DNA of 64,000 nucleotides. It comes from Podarcis gaigeae. Its lineage: Eukaryota. The notes under the pieces were generated by a model, which saw only the letters and a list, made by a program, of their open reading frames with translations, searched no databases and had not been told where the DNA came from. The DNA lies in assembly GCA_964106915.2 (NCBI GenBank), contig OZ066921.1, one strand, 5' to 3'. A program made the position numbers and the translations under genes. Shown here piece after piece: positions 1 to 12,829 of the stretch (its first letter is position 1; every line of letters begins with the position of its first letter).

Positions 1-1126
1 TACTGGCTGTTGCTGCACTCCCAGTTTGAAGAGCTGATGTTAACATTTAAGGCCATAAATGGTTTAGAGCTGAATTACCGAAAGAATTCCTACTCCTATA
101 AAACCCCATAATCAAAATCTATGCTTGAGGTCCTTCTTGTGTCTCTGCTGGTGACATCCATTTGGCTGGTTGGTGAGCACCCAAGACAAGGTCATGGCCT
201 TGCAGAACTTTATTCCACTGAATATTCATTTGGCTCCTTCAGTGTTGGCATTCAGGGAGGCCCTAAAAGCTTTTCGTTTTACTCTTGCCTTTTCTTCACA
301 AAATTTTGGTGATTCAGTTTCCCTCATGCCTTATTTTTGTCTGTATCCATTCAGTGTTTCAAATTCCGCCTGAAGCTCTATTATTATCTACGTCACTTGG
401 TGTGAGCTTGATACAGTATATAGCGTACTATATAATTGCTCAAATAAATTATGTGCGTACGCATTTTCTGTTTTTTGAAAGGTAATGATATTTTTATTTA
501 CTCAGTGCCACCAGTTAGCTAAACTGACAAGTTTTTATTAACTTTTAAAAATTTATTTGTTGAGAGAGTTGCATTACTGTATTCAGTATATTATATTACA
601 GAGTAATGTATCAAATATTAGGTTTGTTTTTGTTTTTACTGTGCAATACGTTTATCAGAGATTTTCTTTGGAAAGAGGCATGACAAATATTTATATATAG
701 ATAAGTGTGAAAACATTTTAGTGGCAGTTTCACAGCTTTGCTGAAGTAGGTTTGAAATTTCCCTATAAGCCACTTAGTGTCCAAAGATACATTTAGTTTT
801 CTGGCTGATGCAGAGAAGGGGAGAGAAACAAGTCATGTACATTAATATATGGTGCTGTGCTCCATATAGTTGCATCGCCTCAGAATGCAGGTGGGAAATG
901 GCTTGTTTGTGCCAAAAACATTCCCTATGCATGGAGTCCCAGAATCTGAATTGCTCTGAAGCAGAATTTACCCCGGCCTATTATCCTTTCTTTTACTCTG
1001 GCAGAGAGGGTGGTCTTGCTATTGGTGGCCTTTATTTCTGGACAAATTCTCAAACTGGAGCAAGTTGGGATGTGTCCTGTACTGGTTCCAGTTTCTCTCT
1101 GTTTGGGGTTTTTTTTTCTTTTGCAG

Positions 1127-1321
1127 CTGGTGCAGATCCTAGACATGGTAACGGGTACTGTGCACGTGTATCCTCTGGCAGAGGACGAGACCTTGCAGAG
1201 TGTGAAAGCCAAGATCCAGGCAGATACTGGCATCCCAGAGCAGGAGCAGGAGCTACTTCAGGAAGGAGGGTTGGCATTATTTTCTGAGAAACCAGCCACT
1301 CAGTATCTGGCTGACATCAAG
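1127..1321 (+). CDS. IKBKB: IKBKB exon, ubiquitin-like domain ([13 protein letters not shown]...YLADIK)
   Basis: ttgcag| acceptor, |gtgtgt donor, 195 nt, phase 0/0. Confidence 0.95.
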
Positions 1322-4300
1322 GTGTGTCCAAGAACATTTTCACCCATGGGTACCAAATTAGCTCCTGTTGCTTTTGGAATACTCCCAGCTAGTGAAATTT
1401 CAGTTTTGTCCTTTACCTTAACTACAAAGCCTTGGAAGGAATTGCCATTGTTTTAAAGGGATGGGGAGTGCAGAAGCAGGGGGATGGATTCCCCTTTTTG
1501 TGGGAGATGGTTTGGTTGAGAGTAAATTTGTGAGCAAAGGAAAACCACTCAAGGAACGATAACAAGGGAAACAGAAGAGGCTTGAGGGATGAGGAACAGG
1601 ACTTGTGTAGCAATGAATGAGGTACTAATTTTCTCATTGTATTAAGAACACTGCATCTTTTCCCTACATAATGTTATTTCTTTCAGATAGAACACTTGGG
1701 AGAATGACTTTGAGTGACTCCTTTGGAGAACTAGCTATTAATATCCTATTTCTGTTGGCCGCTCTTAGTCCTTTGGATAGGGCATGATTGTAGGAGATGT
1801 TTCCAAGTTATAGGCCCCACGATAAGGGATCCGTGCTTCCTTTTCCTTGCAGCTAAATGATGCCACAGTTGCTGACACAGGCCTCTTCTTCCTGTTCGAC
1901 AACCGAAAAGTTACATACAGGCCTCAGATCTCTCCCCGACCTCATCCAGAAAGCATTAACAGTATTCGTAAGAACCTTTTCTGTGTTTTGGTGCTACTTG
2001 GGGGGGGGGAATTAATTGTTTTGAGGTGAATATATAGTGAGGAATACTTGCTGCCTTTGTGACTGATTGGAAATATATGTGTGCTCTGTGCTTACAAAAA
2101 TAATAACCCAAATTCTGCTTCAAGAAACGTGTAACATGTACAAATTAAGCACCTTGTTTTATTTGCTATATTTATAAAAAGCTGCCCAATATATCATTCT
2201 CTATTCTGGTTACAACATAAATGATAAAATACAGTTGAAAATGAAGTATCATAAAATAACAATTTATGGCATAAAAACTTGCAGCATATAGTTTTATATT
2301 TCCTTACCTGGCATGACTAAGGAGGGGCAGTGAGCACTCCTCCAGCCACTAGAAGTCCTCATACAGCTGAGGTCTTCTCTGGCTGGTGAGATTCTTCCTG
2401 GTTTTGCTTACACACTTTCAAGCTTATCTCTGCAACCATATGGGCTAGGAACTTCCTTAAAAATTTTTTTTTAAGAAGTCAGGACACCATACTATGACAA
2501 TTCAGGTTTCTGTACATACATGAATTGCAGAATACATACCACACTGAACACAAGGCGACACGGTGGCAGCCTCTAGATGTGTCATTCCACAATTTCTGTA
2601 TTACACGCTTTTCATCATAGGAAATATATTTTTGTATATTTTCTTGGCTACCTGGTGAGCTAGTTTAGCCTAAGGAGGATTGGCTTGCCCAAAGCCACCA
2701 GTGATCTTCCTGGCTAAGCGGAATTTGAAGCTGAGTCTTTCACTCCCCAAGAAAAGGAGTGAATTTTTCTAAAGTGCACAGACCCATGATGGATGTGAGC
2801 CCCAAGCTCAGCTTGGTTTTTTGAAACATCGTTTATACTGATCAGTAAGACTGAGATAACAAATTAATTCAGCCCTTGATATTTTTACTGCAGAAGTTGG
2901 AATGAACTGAAAGAGTCAGGAAATGCTGGCAAGATAAGGAGCCTTGCCTGTGTAGACAAAGTTAGTTACCGTATCTCAAAACCTAATGGACACTTGTAAG
3001 TTGTGTGATGACAGGCAGGTGGACCGTGTAAGACACAGACTATGGATGCTCTCTCATTCATTGGTTGTGTCTGCATCTCCTGGGAGATGAGCCAACAGGT
3101 GGGTATTTTTGCCACTGATGTCTGTGGCAGCGGTAGAACCCACGCCTATGATTGACTAGATTAATTATTTGGTTCACCATGCAGGCAGGGGCTGAAAGAG
3201 ACAAGTCAGGGAGTAGTTTTGGCTTGCTGGTTGCAGAACTGAGGATTTGACTTGACTCCTGAGAGAGTTTTTTGTAGCATCCAGCTAATTAAGAGACCAG
3301 TCAAGTCCTGGGATAGCCTGAAAAAGTCCAGATATATTCTAATTTTGTCGAAACCAGCACTTGGCATGTAAAGCATACAAAATCCTAATTGTGGGTTTGG
3401 GTTTCCCCACTTGTGTCCCTCTTCCCTGTCGATCCTTCTCTTCTTTCTTCTGCAGTTCAAGATCCAAAAAAGAACCTCTCCTTCCTCCAGCTGCGCAAAG
3501 TGTGGGGGCAGGTCTGGCATACCATCCGAAGACTGAATGAGGACTTCCACCAGCTCCAGCATGGGCAGCGGGCAGCCATGTGCGTGATGGGATCCTGCTA
3601 CGTTTGGGGCTGCCAGTTCTGTCCACTGGGCTCAGACCTCGCTGGCCTGTTCTATGAGCAGCCTAAGTGAAGTCTGCACCACAAAGGAAATGTTCCCTGT
3701 TCTGTGCCCAGAGACGCTTCAGTTCCAATGCCTTAAACATTTCTGCAAATTTGCATTATATTTATTTGGCCAGTTGATTTTTCTTATGCTAGCCCAGGGT
3801 GAGAGGGTGCAGAGAGTCTGGGGCTATGGCTGGAAGGCCTGCCTTCTGAAACCCCAAGAGGGCTCCCAGGTGTTGTTCTGCTTATGCTTGTAGTTCTTGG
3901 GGCTGGAAGCCTTGCTTTAAAAAGGAAAGGAGAAACACGGAAATTACCAAGGGGCTAATTTTTTGCCCTCAGTAACCACATTTGTGTACCCCAGCTGTGT
4001 GGATTGCATGCCACACTAAATACAGATTATATGAAATAGGCTCCTGCTTGGCTCCTCTTTGGCTTTTTCTATGCCAAGGTTTTATTGACCAAGGCTTTTT
4101 GCATTTTTAGTTTAATCCGGACTGTAAATGTTTGATGCTGTCTCTATTGTTGGTTTTTTCTTGGCTGGTTTTTTAATGCTTTTTGTTGGTTTATATTATT
4201 ATACGCTGCAGTGTTAGCAAGCCACCCCAGGAATATTTATAGACAGACAGACATATAAATTTACAATACTGTCTTTGAGACTGAGACAGAACTACTGGTT

Positions 4301-7300
4301 AAAAGGTGTGCCATGGCATTGTGCTGACGCTGAGTGGGGATGATGGCTGTGGAGCCCAAGCAAAGGGGAGCCGACAAGGTCTGGTCAGCTGGGCCTCCAA
4401 GGGGGCGACTCTTTCTCTCTCTTTCTGCCTGGCTTTGTAGGAGGAACCTTCTGCGCCACAACAGTACCCTTTCCAAGATGAAGAACACGATGGCCTCCCT
4501 ATCGCAGCAGCTGAAGGCAAAGCTGGACTTCTTCAAAGCCAGTATCCAGATTGACTTGGAGAAGTACAATGAGCAAACTGAATTTGGAATCAGTGAGTTT
4601 GGCTGTTTTTAATGATAGGAAAGCAGTTGCTAGGACAGACCTCTTCCCTGGGCCTTGATGCCAGGTCACGCTCCCTACAATATCACATTTTGCGCTTCTT
4701 CCTCGACTGGACCACCAGAGACTGCTAAGAAATGATAGCAAGTCTGAATCCTTCCCCAGGCCAGAAAGCATGGGCTGGGTGACAGGGGGTTAGGCTAAAC
4801 TTCTCCTCCTTCATCTGCCAGGATATTTTTGTGCAGGGAATTCTTGAAGGGAGAGAGAATTTAAACAAACAACAGAATTTTAATAGTGCTTATTTGCTTT
4901 ATACGCTTAAGAAATCATGTTTATCTTCTTCTCTGTATTATTGCATAGCTTGGGCGTTGGTTGAGGAAAGCGGTTCCTGGCCTGCTCTCTACCCCCACCC
5001 CCGCATTCCCTGCAGTGACAGGAGTTGTGCCCCATGTGCTCCCACCCCATTTTCAATGTCTGATGAGAATCTGAATACTCCTGGACAGCTCCCTGCTTTC
5101 ACAAGCTTTTTTTTTGTCTGTGGTGCCTCAAAGGCTTCCTGTTGACTTCTAGGACGGCCTTTGATCTTGGACTTCCCACCTTTATTATATTGCACGTCAG
5201 AGCTCTCTAATCACCTCCTCCTCAGTCTGAACAGCAACAGACCCCTTCAGTCCTAGCTCAGTTTAGAAATTGGTTCCTGTAAAAATGAGTTGTTCTGCAA
5301 TGTAGTGCCTCTTTTCAGTAAACCATGTCTTGCATCAGCCCTGCCCTAAATTCCCATATTCCCCCATCAGACTTGGTTTTCACCAGCCACAGCATCTAAT
5401 GTTTATGGTGACTCCTTGAGAAGGCTCAAAGGGATACTTTTGCTGATCTAGGAAGGGTCTCTTGAAAACCAGAGCTCTTTTCTTTTTACAGCTTCTGAGA
5501 AACTGCTGCTTGCATGGAAGGAAATGGAGCAGACTGTGGAGCTCTGTGGGCGGGTAGGCTTGGACTTTTTTCTCTCTTGTTTTGCTTGGATGAGTGTTTT
5601 GCCTTGCAAAGGATGGTTAGAGTTGCCAGGCCATAACCTGTGAGGTGCCTGGGATCAATTTCTTGGCAATCCTGTCTGAATTGTTGGACTTTGGGAAGCA
5701 GCAGATTAATGGACGAGGAATAAACCCAATATGTTCCTTGTTTCTTTCAGAGCTTGTGGGCAAGGGGTAGAAAATTAGCTGGAGATTAACAGAGTTGTGT
5801 GGTCACAGGAGGAGGAAGGATAAGAGGACCCAGTAACAATAAACAATAACAAGTACTTGAGAGCAGAGGTGGGCAGAGGCTAGATCTCTATGAGTGATTT
5901 GCAGTAAACCAGAATGCATTTCTGACTCTCAGTTGCTTAACCATGGCAGCAGCAAAATGACTCTCCCCTACCTGTCCTAAATTATACTGCTGAAATGAAA
6001 ACCTTTTGAGGCAAGCAGCTTTGATATGAAAATAGCTTGGGGAGGGGCTGGAGCTCAATGGTAGAGGATCTCGTTTGCATGCCAAAGGTTCAGATTCAAT
6101 CTCGAATAGCGTCTCTGGTTAGGGCTGGCAGAGAACCCTGTCCCAAACCCTCAAGAGTCACTGCCATCCACAGTGTAGATAGCAGGCAGTATAGACTGTG
6201 AGCTCCATCCTGTTCTGGAACATACAGTAAATTCCTGAGCTCAGAACTCTCTTCATTGTGCATCTTTTGCATCAGGTTCTGGTTGGTGGATCTTGATGTT
6301 CTAGTAACAAGCCTGATGTCTCCCCACCCCTGCTTTAAAGTGTTCCAAGTATCTTTAAAAAACCTTGTCTTGGTGATCCTTGTCCCAGCCCTGTAAGACC
6401 TGGCATTGCATATGGCATTGCACCCATATGGTTGATGGAGAGCTGAAGCTGAGAGCGAGGGCTTACCAAAGGCCACTGACGAGGACTGTGTTACAAGTGA
6501 CTTAACAGGGAAAGCAATGAATAAACTGTGATAACTATCTGTTAAAAATGAGCAATATAAAAATGTAACTCTTTCAGCCAAACCACTTAAAATAATCATT
6601 AGAACTAGTTCAGTCACATCCCCCAAGATGCTGAAGTCTGGCTAGGTCTTTTTATGGGCCATTCTGATGGTTGTGATATGCTCTTTTTGGCTCTTTTTCT
6701 GGTAAGGTTTTTAGAGAGACTTTTGAAACAAACAGCTAAGTCTAAATAACAATCACAATCACAATTAAAACTGATCTGGCTTAAAAGATACCCAAAAAAA
6801 TACCCAAAAAGATACCCAACAGCAATAAGACCTTAAACAACATTCCAGATCATCTTAAAGATGTTAATGTACAGGCCAGATGAGCCTCTTTGCAGAGGGC
6901 AAGACGGAAGAGGAAGGCCAGAATGCAAATTTCCTTCTTGTCAGCAAGAGGAGCACACAGGTGAGAAGTGCTAGGTTTAGGTACTAGAATTGTCTGTCTT
7001 GCTGGCTTCAGAGGTAGAACTTCAAGTATTGTCAAAAGGCTCTGAAAATTATACCTTCCAGTGTGTTGGCCAAAAGCTAACAGTGTGGCAACAAAACATC
7101 TTATATTTGTTTGTTTTACTTGGTTGGTTGGCTTTGAAATTTGTTTCCCCTGGATGGATCTTAGGCAGCCTTCACTAACCTGGCACCCTCCAGATGTTTT
7201 GGACTACAATTCCCATCAACCCCCAATAGCATTGCTGTCATGGCTGGGGCTGACGGCAGTTGTAGCCCAAAATATCTGGAGGGTGCCAGATCGGTGAAGG

Positions 7301-10300
7301 CTGCTCTTGAGGAGTCAGCAGGTGGGCTCAAGACTGCAAGCCCCTGGGATTGTTTAAGACTGGCTGGAAAGAGTTGGGTTACCTGCAGCCTAGGCTACTG
7401 GAAATGATGTCCTTTCCTTGTCCCCTCCTCTGCCTCCCGAGGAGGAGGAAGTTGAGCAGCTGGTGAAGAAGACGATGGCCCTACAGACAGACATTGTGGA
7501 CCTGCAGAGAATCCCACAGGGCCCAAAACAAGGGAGCTCTCTGGACGCCCTGTAAGTAGTTGCTTGTAGTGCCTTTGGTTGTTTTAGCCCTTTCCTAAAT
7601 ACCATTTTCTCCAGTATCCATCATCCTGGGGCAGCATAAAATCACCTCCTTTGTTTGATAGACATGTACCCTGGGAAGAGGTCAGATACGCATGTGTAAC
7701 ACGACAAACATGATAGCTTTTATTTGGGTTTCCCTATATTTAAAGGACAGCATAGGAAACTTAGAAAGTTCGGCACACCTAAGTCACGGAATCCAGTGGC
7801 ACAGCACTTAAATATACCTATTTTAAAAATTGATTTTTAGTTTTTTTGGTGCTTACCTTTCTCTAGGTTGCACTTATAGCCAACCCGGCCAGGTCTGATC
7901 CAGCCCCACAAGCAAATGTTTATGCCCCCTGCCCATCAAGACTCCACCCATTTTGTCAGTGGTGGCAGAAAAGAAAAAAATAAGGTACACACCACGCTGG
8001 AGTGGGTGGCACAGCTTAAACCTCTCTGCCCTGCCCAGGCCCCAGTAGCCTGATGACTATAGGAGGCAAATTGCCCCTTCCACAGCCATCAGAGCAGCCA
8101 TTTGATGTGCTGGGAGGGGCCATCACTTTCGCCTCCTCATCTGATCCACAGGGATCAGCAGATATTTTGGGGGGGGGGGTTGTGTGCCCAACAAATGCGG
8201 GTGGTGCCCACGACTACTGCTGTCCACGCCAACCCACAAGGTAGCCAGGTTGAAAAGACTGGTGCAGCTTATCCAAATCTGGAAGACAACAGGCTGGGGG
8301 AGGCTAAGCTAATCTCTCTCCCTCCATTGTATACATTCAGCAGAGTCTCACCTGAACTCCACCATTTCAGGCTGCAGATAGCTAAAGCTCCATGCACCAA
8401 AAAACCAGCAACAGCATATCATGAAGAAGACTGGCCAGAACTTTTCTTCTTGCCTAGTCTTTCTAGTTACATGTGTGCAGGGGGAGCAATCAAAGAGCAT
8501 CCTCCTGGTCATTTGGAGTGTAAGGGATAGGTTTTCCACTTTATTCTAAGAAATGTATAGCTGAACCTTGTGCTGGCTAAGGAAATTTGCATTTTAGATT
8601 AAGAATCTTCTGGGTCTTGTTAATCCTTGGGATTAAATCTAAACTGGCAAATGAACAGCAGATCTGTATTTACTCCACTGAGAGGCTGCAAGATAATATG
8701 GCACAGAATTCGAGTTGCTCCTTGTTCCCCCCTCCATCTCCATACGGAAGAGTGCCATTGTCAATAAGAGGGGAGTACTAGAAAAGGGGGCAGGAGAGGC
8801 ACTGAGGAAAATCATGTCAAAAGAAAGGCTGATGTGGTTATGTTAGTATTCTGTTTGTTCTTTTAAGTTGTTGTTAAATGATGTTTTTATAGTAATTTTA
8901 TTTTGTAAATAATTTAAATAAGTGGAACATTGAACTGTAGCCAAATGGGATTTACGGGAGAGAAGGGCAAGCTGTACAGGGGCTATGCTCGAAGTTACCA
9001 TTGCAACTTAAAAGTGCTTTACCAATTGTAATGTGTGTAAGTCTCTAGGATTCTCACTTCTTACAGAAGGGTAACAGGCTAAGAGAGCCATTTTTGCCCA
9101 AAGCCACGCAGAAGGTGTTGAACCATGCTGAGCACTCAGTTGGTCTGAACATGGTGTTGGGTGGGGTGGGCTTGCTTCTACACTCACAAGCGCTGGAGAA
9201 AATTTGTCTTTTCTGTTTCTTTTATAGAGAGGGACAAGCAAAGGACTTGTACCAGAGACTGAGAGAAAAGCCAAGAGGTAAAAAAAGCCTTTGTAGCATA
9301 GGAATCTTGTTGCGGCATGATCTGTTCCAAAGGAAACTGACTACAGCTGGACACAGGAGAGGAATTGCCGCAAGACCATGTGCTAGCACTGCTTTCTCAT
9401 CTCACCGTTTCCCCCCAACCTTGTGCTCCTTGACAGTGCTGTGGAGATGCATGTTTACAGTCCCCGTTCTTTGAGCATCAACGTCCCCCACCCCGTCTCC
9501 TTTGAGACTTTTGTAGTACAAAACACAACACAGAATAGTGTGTTACTAATAATGAGAAGATTGTTACCCCTTAACATGCTTTTGCCCCACTTTTTTGTGG
9601 ACATGGTGAGGGATGAATACTAAAGAGCAGTGACTTGCGTTCTGGCAACCACTTCAACAGCATTTGGTATTCCATTCACATTTCACTCTGCTGAACTAGC
9701 TGTTACCAGTTGGCTCCAAGTTTTACTGAGCAATGTTGAAGATTGCCGCCAAATATAGAGCGGTGATTTTAATCTGCATTAGTGGCAGTGATGCCAAATC
9801 CAGAGAGGGGTATTAATTTATACCAGAATAGATCCAATCTTGCTGAAGCTGTTCAAGGGTTTTAATTCCTTTGCCTGTTGCCCAACAGTCACAGCAATGG
9901 GGGCTGTTTCCTTTCTTATGTCTTTGAGGAGCTTTCTCGCCCCTGCCCCCACCCTCTGCCTAACATGCCACTTGATTCTGCACACTTTTTGTCTAGACCA
10001 AAGGACTAGCGGAGACAGCCAAGAAGTCGTGAGGCTACTTCTGCAAGCAATCCAGACCTTTGAAAAGAAAGTCGGCCTCCTTTATGCTCAGCTCAGGTAG
10101 GACTCCCAAAGACCCACTCTAGTGAGGTTGTCCTGGTTACTGGGAATACTGTTTAGTGGAACTCTGCCTTTGTCCCGCACCTCTCAGAGTTCTCTGTCTC
10201 TCCCCCTCTCCTTGTGCTAGTAGAGCTGATGACACGTGACTAGAAGGCTATCTCTTCTTTACAGTAAAACAGTTGTCTGCAAGCAAAAGGCGCTGGAGTT

Positions 10301-12829
10301 ATTTCCTAAAGTGGACGAGGTGATGAGCCTGATGAATGAGGATGAGAAAATGGTTGTTGAGCTTCAGGATAAACGGCAGAAAGAGCTGTGGAACCTGTTG
10401 AAAATTGCCTGTGTGAGTAAAGTGGAATATATTTTTCTGGTTAGGAACATCAGATTCTTCTCCATCTGGCGAAGATCAAGTAGCATTAACTGCCCACGGC
10501 TCCCTCCCAACTCTCAAAATCTTCTGAGAACCCTTTCCCCATCATCTTGCCTGCTAAGAAACCAGTGGGCTTCACAAATTCTGAGGGCTCTAGGCCAGAC
10601 TTGTTGGGCCTCACGTTAACTGAGTGTATAACCCCTAGAGCATGCCCCGTCTTTTCCTGTTGCTGCCCCCTGCATTGTGAACTTTGTATTACTGATATTC
10701 TTCAGGGATCCTGACAGCTGTTTGGAAATCACTGGCAGCAATGCCTTTAAATGAAAATAGTGTATTTCTTCATATTGCATATAGAAAACTTGATCTGTGT
10801 TCTTCCTCTCCTGCAGAGCAAGGTGCGTGGGCCTGTCAGTGGGAGCCCAGACAGCATAAGCGCATCACGCCTTAGTAATCCTGGTCAACTCTCATTGCAG
10901 GTTCCAGCCCTGCACAGTAATTTACAGGATCCTGGGATTAAAAGGTAATATTTAAGGCAATGGTTTGCTCTCATAGTTATTGGTTACCTCTGCACTAGTC
11001 TTCAGCAGGTGGCTTGGGACCACTAGTGTGTCACAGCCTGATCCAGAATGTGGCAGCTAGACTGGTGACTGGGAGCAGCCACCGAGACCACATAACACCA
11101 GTCTTGAAAGACCTACATTGGCTCCCAGTATGTTTCTGAGGACAATTAAAAGTGTTGGTGCTGACCTTTAAAGCCCTAAACAGCCTCGGCCCTGTATACC
11201 TGAAGGAGCGTCTCCACCCCCATCATTCTGCCCAGACACCTGAGGTCCAGCGCCGAGGGCCTTCTGGCAGTTCCCTCGCTGCAAGAAGCAAAGCTACAGG
11301 GAACCGGGCAGAGGGCCTTCTCAGTGGTGGCTCCCGCCCTGTGGAACGCCCTCCCACCAGATGTCAAAGAGAAAAACAACTACCAGACTTTTAGAAGACA
11401 TCTGAAGGTAGCTCTGTTTAGGGAAGCTTTTAATGTTTAATAGACTATTGTATTTTAATATTCTGTTGGAAGCCGCCCAGAGTGGCTGGGGAAACCCAGC
11501 CAGATGCGCGGGGTATAAAAATAAATTATTATTATCCACAGTGGGTCATAACAAGGGCAGCAGCCTCATGCAAATATATGGTAGAAGAGTAAGAATTGGG
11601 TCCCCAACTGCATGTTTGGATTAAAAGTGGGTACTGGGTCTGAAAAGATTGAAGGTACCTCTTCTGCATTACCCTTTTGTCTGCAGTTAGTTGAACTGGG
11701 CAATACTTTCCCTTGCTGTTTCCCTTGCACACGCATAGACCATGTCATCTTACAAATGTGTCTAAAGTTCCTGTGTTGCATTTTTGTATGTTACATATGT
11801 GCTGCAACTCGCAGGCAATACTCGTCACAGATTACCTTGACACCGGTGATGGATACTCATGACAGAAGAAAGGTGTGTGAATGGTAGCATGCTTGGTTGG
11901 AGCTGGCTGACTTCACAAGGAAATACTTTACTGGCTTCCGATAACATTCTCAAAGACAAACAGATTCATTCCTCTGTTCAGCATTGCAATGTACATGCTT
12001 TTTTTCAAGCAAGGAATGAATTATTTTTAAAACATGCACTGTATCACTTTTTATTTTCTGTTCTCAGCCAAAGGGAGCAAACTTTACACTTCCTTTGAAG
12101 AACACCCCTTTAGTCACACAGCAAACTGTCAAACTGAAGGCAGTTAAAGCAGTTTGTGATTCACTTTTTAAAAACAAAACAACAAAAATAGGTTCCCACT
12201 AGCCTAGTGAAGGCATGAAGCAGCTCTGCTAATCCTGGCAAAAGTATGCCGTGATGAAAAAATGGACCTCCTTTATGCCAGTTCCTTTTATTGTGATATT
12301 CTTAAAAATCTTCTCTGATTTGTTTTAGTGAGGAGTTACTGATGGAATCTCGAAGTCTCTGCAATCAGCTAGAGAATGTGATGCACCACACAATGAAGGA
12401 TCAAGAGCACAGCTTTATGGTAACATCTTATGTTTTCTGTTGTAAAGTGACTGGGGCGAGGGGAGCGGAGAGACTGATGCTTTGCCAGTACAGTCCCTGC
12501 AGGTCAGTTTGAAAGTGGGTGGCATTGCCCCTCTCTCAGACACCTGATGTTAGATGGTTGAAAGGTAGGTGGCCTTCCCCATATGATAGCACCAATAACT
12601 TGTTTCTAGCCAGCGAGAAAGCACTCTTATTTAGACTAGCTTATAGTCACACAAGAAAGGATTTAACCTGAGCTGAAAAATACTTTGGAGGAAATTGGAC
12701 AGGAAGCCACAGTTTTTATGAATGAGGTGTCTCAATAAGCACTTGTTTTGTTTTTAGGCTCTGGACTGGAGTTGGTTGAAACTTCAAGAGGAAGAAAGAG
12801 GAAAAGGCCTAGAACAAACCCAGATGTGA
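1127..12829 (+). CDS. IKBKB: IKBKB (IKK-beta), 3' part: join(1127..1321,1853..1967,3456..3579,4441..4592,5492..5553,7442..7551,9228..9277,9997..10096,10265..10412,10817..10944,12329..12419,12758..12829); kinase-domain exons lie upstream of the window
   Basis: 12 exons with consistent phases translate to ULD, scaffold/dimerization domain, Ser-rich region and ALDWSWL NEMO-binding domain; closely resembles human IKK-beta (e.g. [45 protein letters not shown]). Confidence 0.97.
1853..1967 (+). CDS. IKBKB: IKBKB exon ([19 protein letters not shown]...ESINSI)
   Basis: ttgcag| ... |gtaaga, 115 nt. Confidence 0.94.
3456..3579 (+). CDS. IKBKB: IKBKB exon ([21 protein letters not shown]...GQRAA)
   Basis: ctgcag| ... 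|gtgcgt, 124 nt. Confidence 0.94.
4441..4592 (+). CDS. IKBKB: IKBKB exon, leucine zipper ([14 protein letters not shown]...EQTEFGI)
   Basis: ttgtag| ... |gtgagt, 152 nt. Confidence 0.95.
5492..5553 (+). CDS. IKBKB: IKBKB exon ([20 protein letters not shown])
   Basis: ttacag| ... |gtaggc, 62 nt; not in ORF track. Confidence 0.94.
6045..6240 (+). mobile_element. degraded tRNA-derived squamate SINE
   Basis: AGCTCAATGGTAGAG...TTTGCATG..AAGGT head; related copies near 30735 and, inverted, near 61900 and 63050. Confidence 0.55.
7166..7303. mobile_element. palindromic MITE (ACTACAATTCCCATC core family)
   Basis: CAGCCTTCAC...GTGAAGGCTG arms; further degenerate copies near 28700, 30900, 45450, 46150 and 63850. 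Confidence 0.75.
7442..7551 (+). CDS. IKBKB: IKBKB exon ([36 protein letters not shown])
   Basis: Py tract then cccGAG| acceptor, |gtaagt donor, 110 nt; [11 protein letters not shown] conserved. Confidence 0.9.
9228..9277 (+). CDS. IKBKB: IKBKB exon ([16 protein letters not shown])
   Basis: ttatag| ... |gtaaaa, 50 nt. Confidence 0.92.
9997..10096 (+). CDS. IKBKB: IKBKB exon ([32 protein letters not shown])
   Basis: gtctag| ... |gtagga, 100 nt. Confidence 0.94.
10265..10412 (+). CDS. IKBKB: IKBKB exon ([12 protein letters not shown]...[10 protein letters not shown])
   Basis: ttacag| ... |gtgagt, 148 nt. Confidence 0.95.
10817..10944 (+). CDS. IKBKB: IKBKB exon, Ser-rich region ([13 protein letters not shown]...PGIK)
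   Basis: ctgcag| ... |gtaata, 128 nt. Confidence 0.94.
11038..11534 (+). mobile_element. L2-clade LINE 3' end
   Basis: [32 protein letters not shown] motif; 3' end GGAAGCCGCCCAGAGTGGCTGGGG and TTA tail. Confidence 0.85.
12329..12419 (+). CDS. IKBKB: IKBKB exon ([30 protein letters not shown])
   Basis: ttttag| ... |gtaaca, 91 nt; phases fit both neighbours. Confidence 0.92.
12758..12829 (+). CDS. IKBKB: IKBKB last coding exon, NEMO-binding domain ([23 protein letters not shown])
   Basis: ttttag| acceptor, LDWSWL motif, TGA at 12827-12829. Confidence 0.95.
   Translation, partial: ALDWSWLKLQEEERGKGLEQTQM

Noticed and set aside
121-312. ORF containing HPRQG, reminiscent of WHPRQRG in the preceding IKK-beta exon
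   Set aside because: Surrounding residues do not match, and the region looks like a decayed L2 3' end; the true exon is outside the window.
6784-6820. Short tandem AAAGATACCCAA repeats, also seen at 54722-54744
   Set aside because: Only 2-3 low-complexity units with no spacers; best explained by local slippage, and not CRISPR-like.
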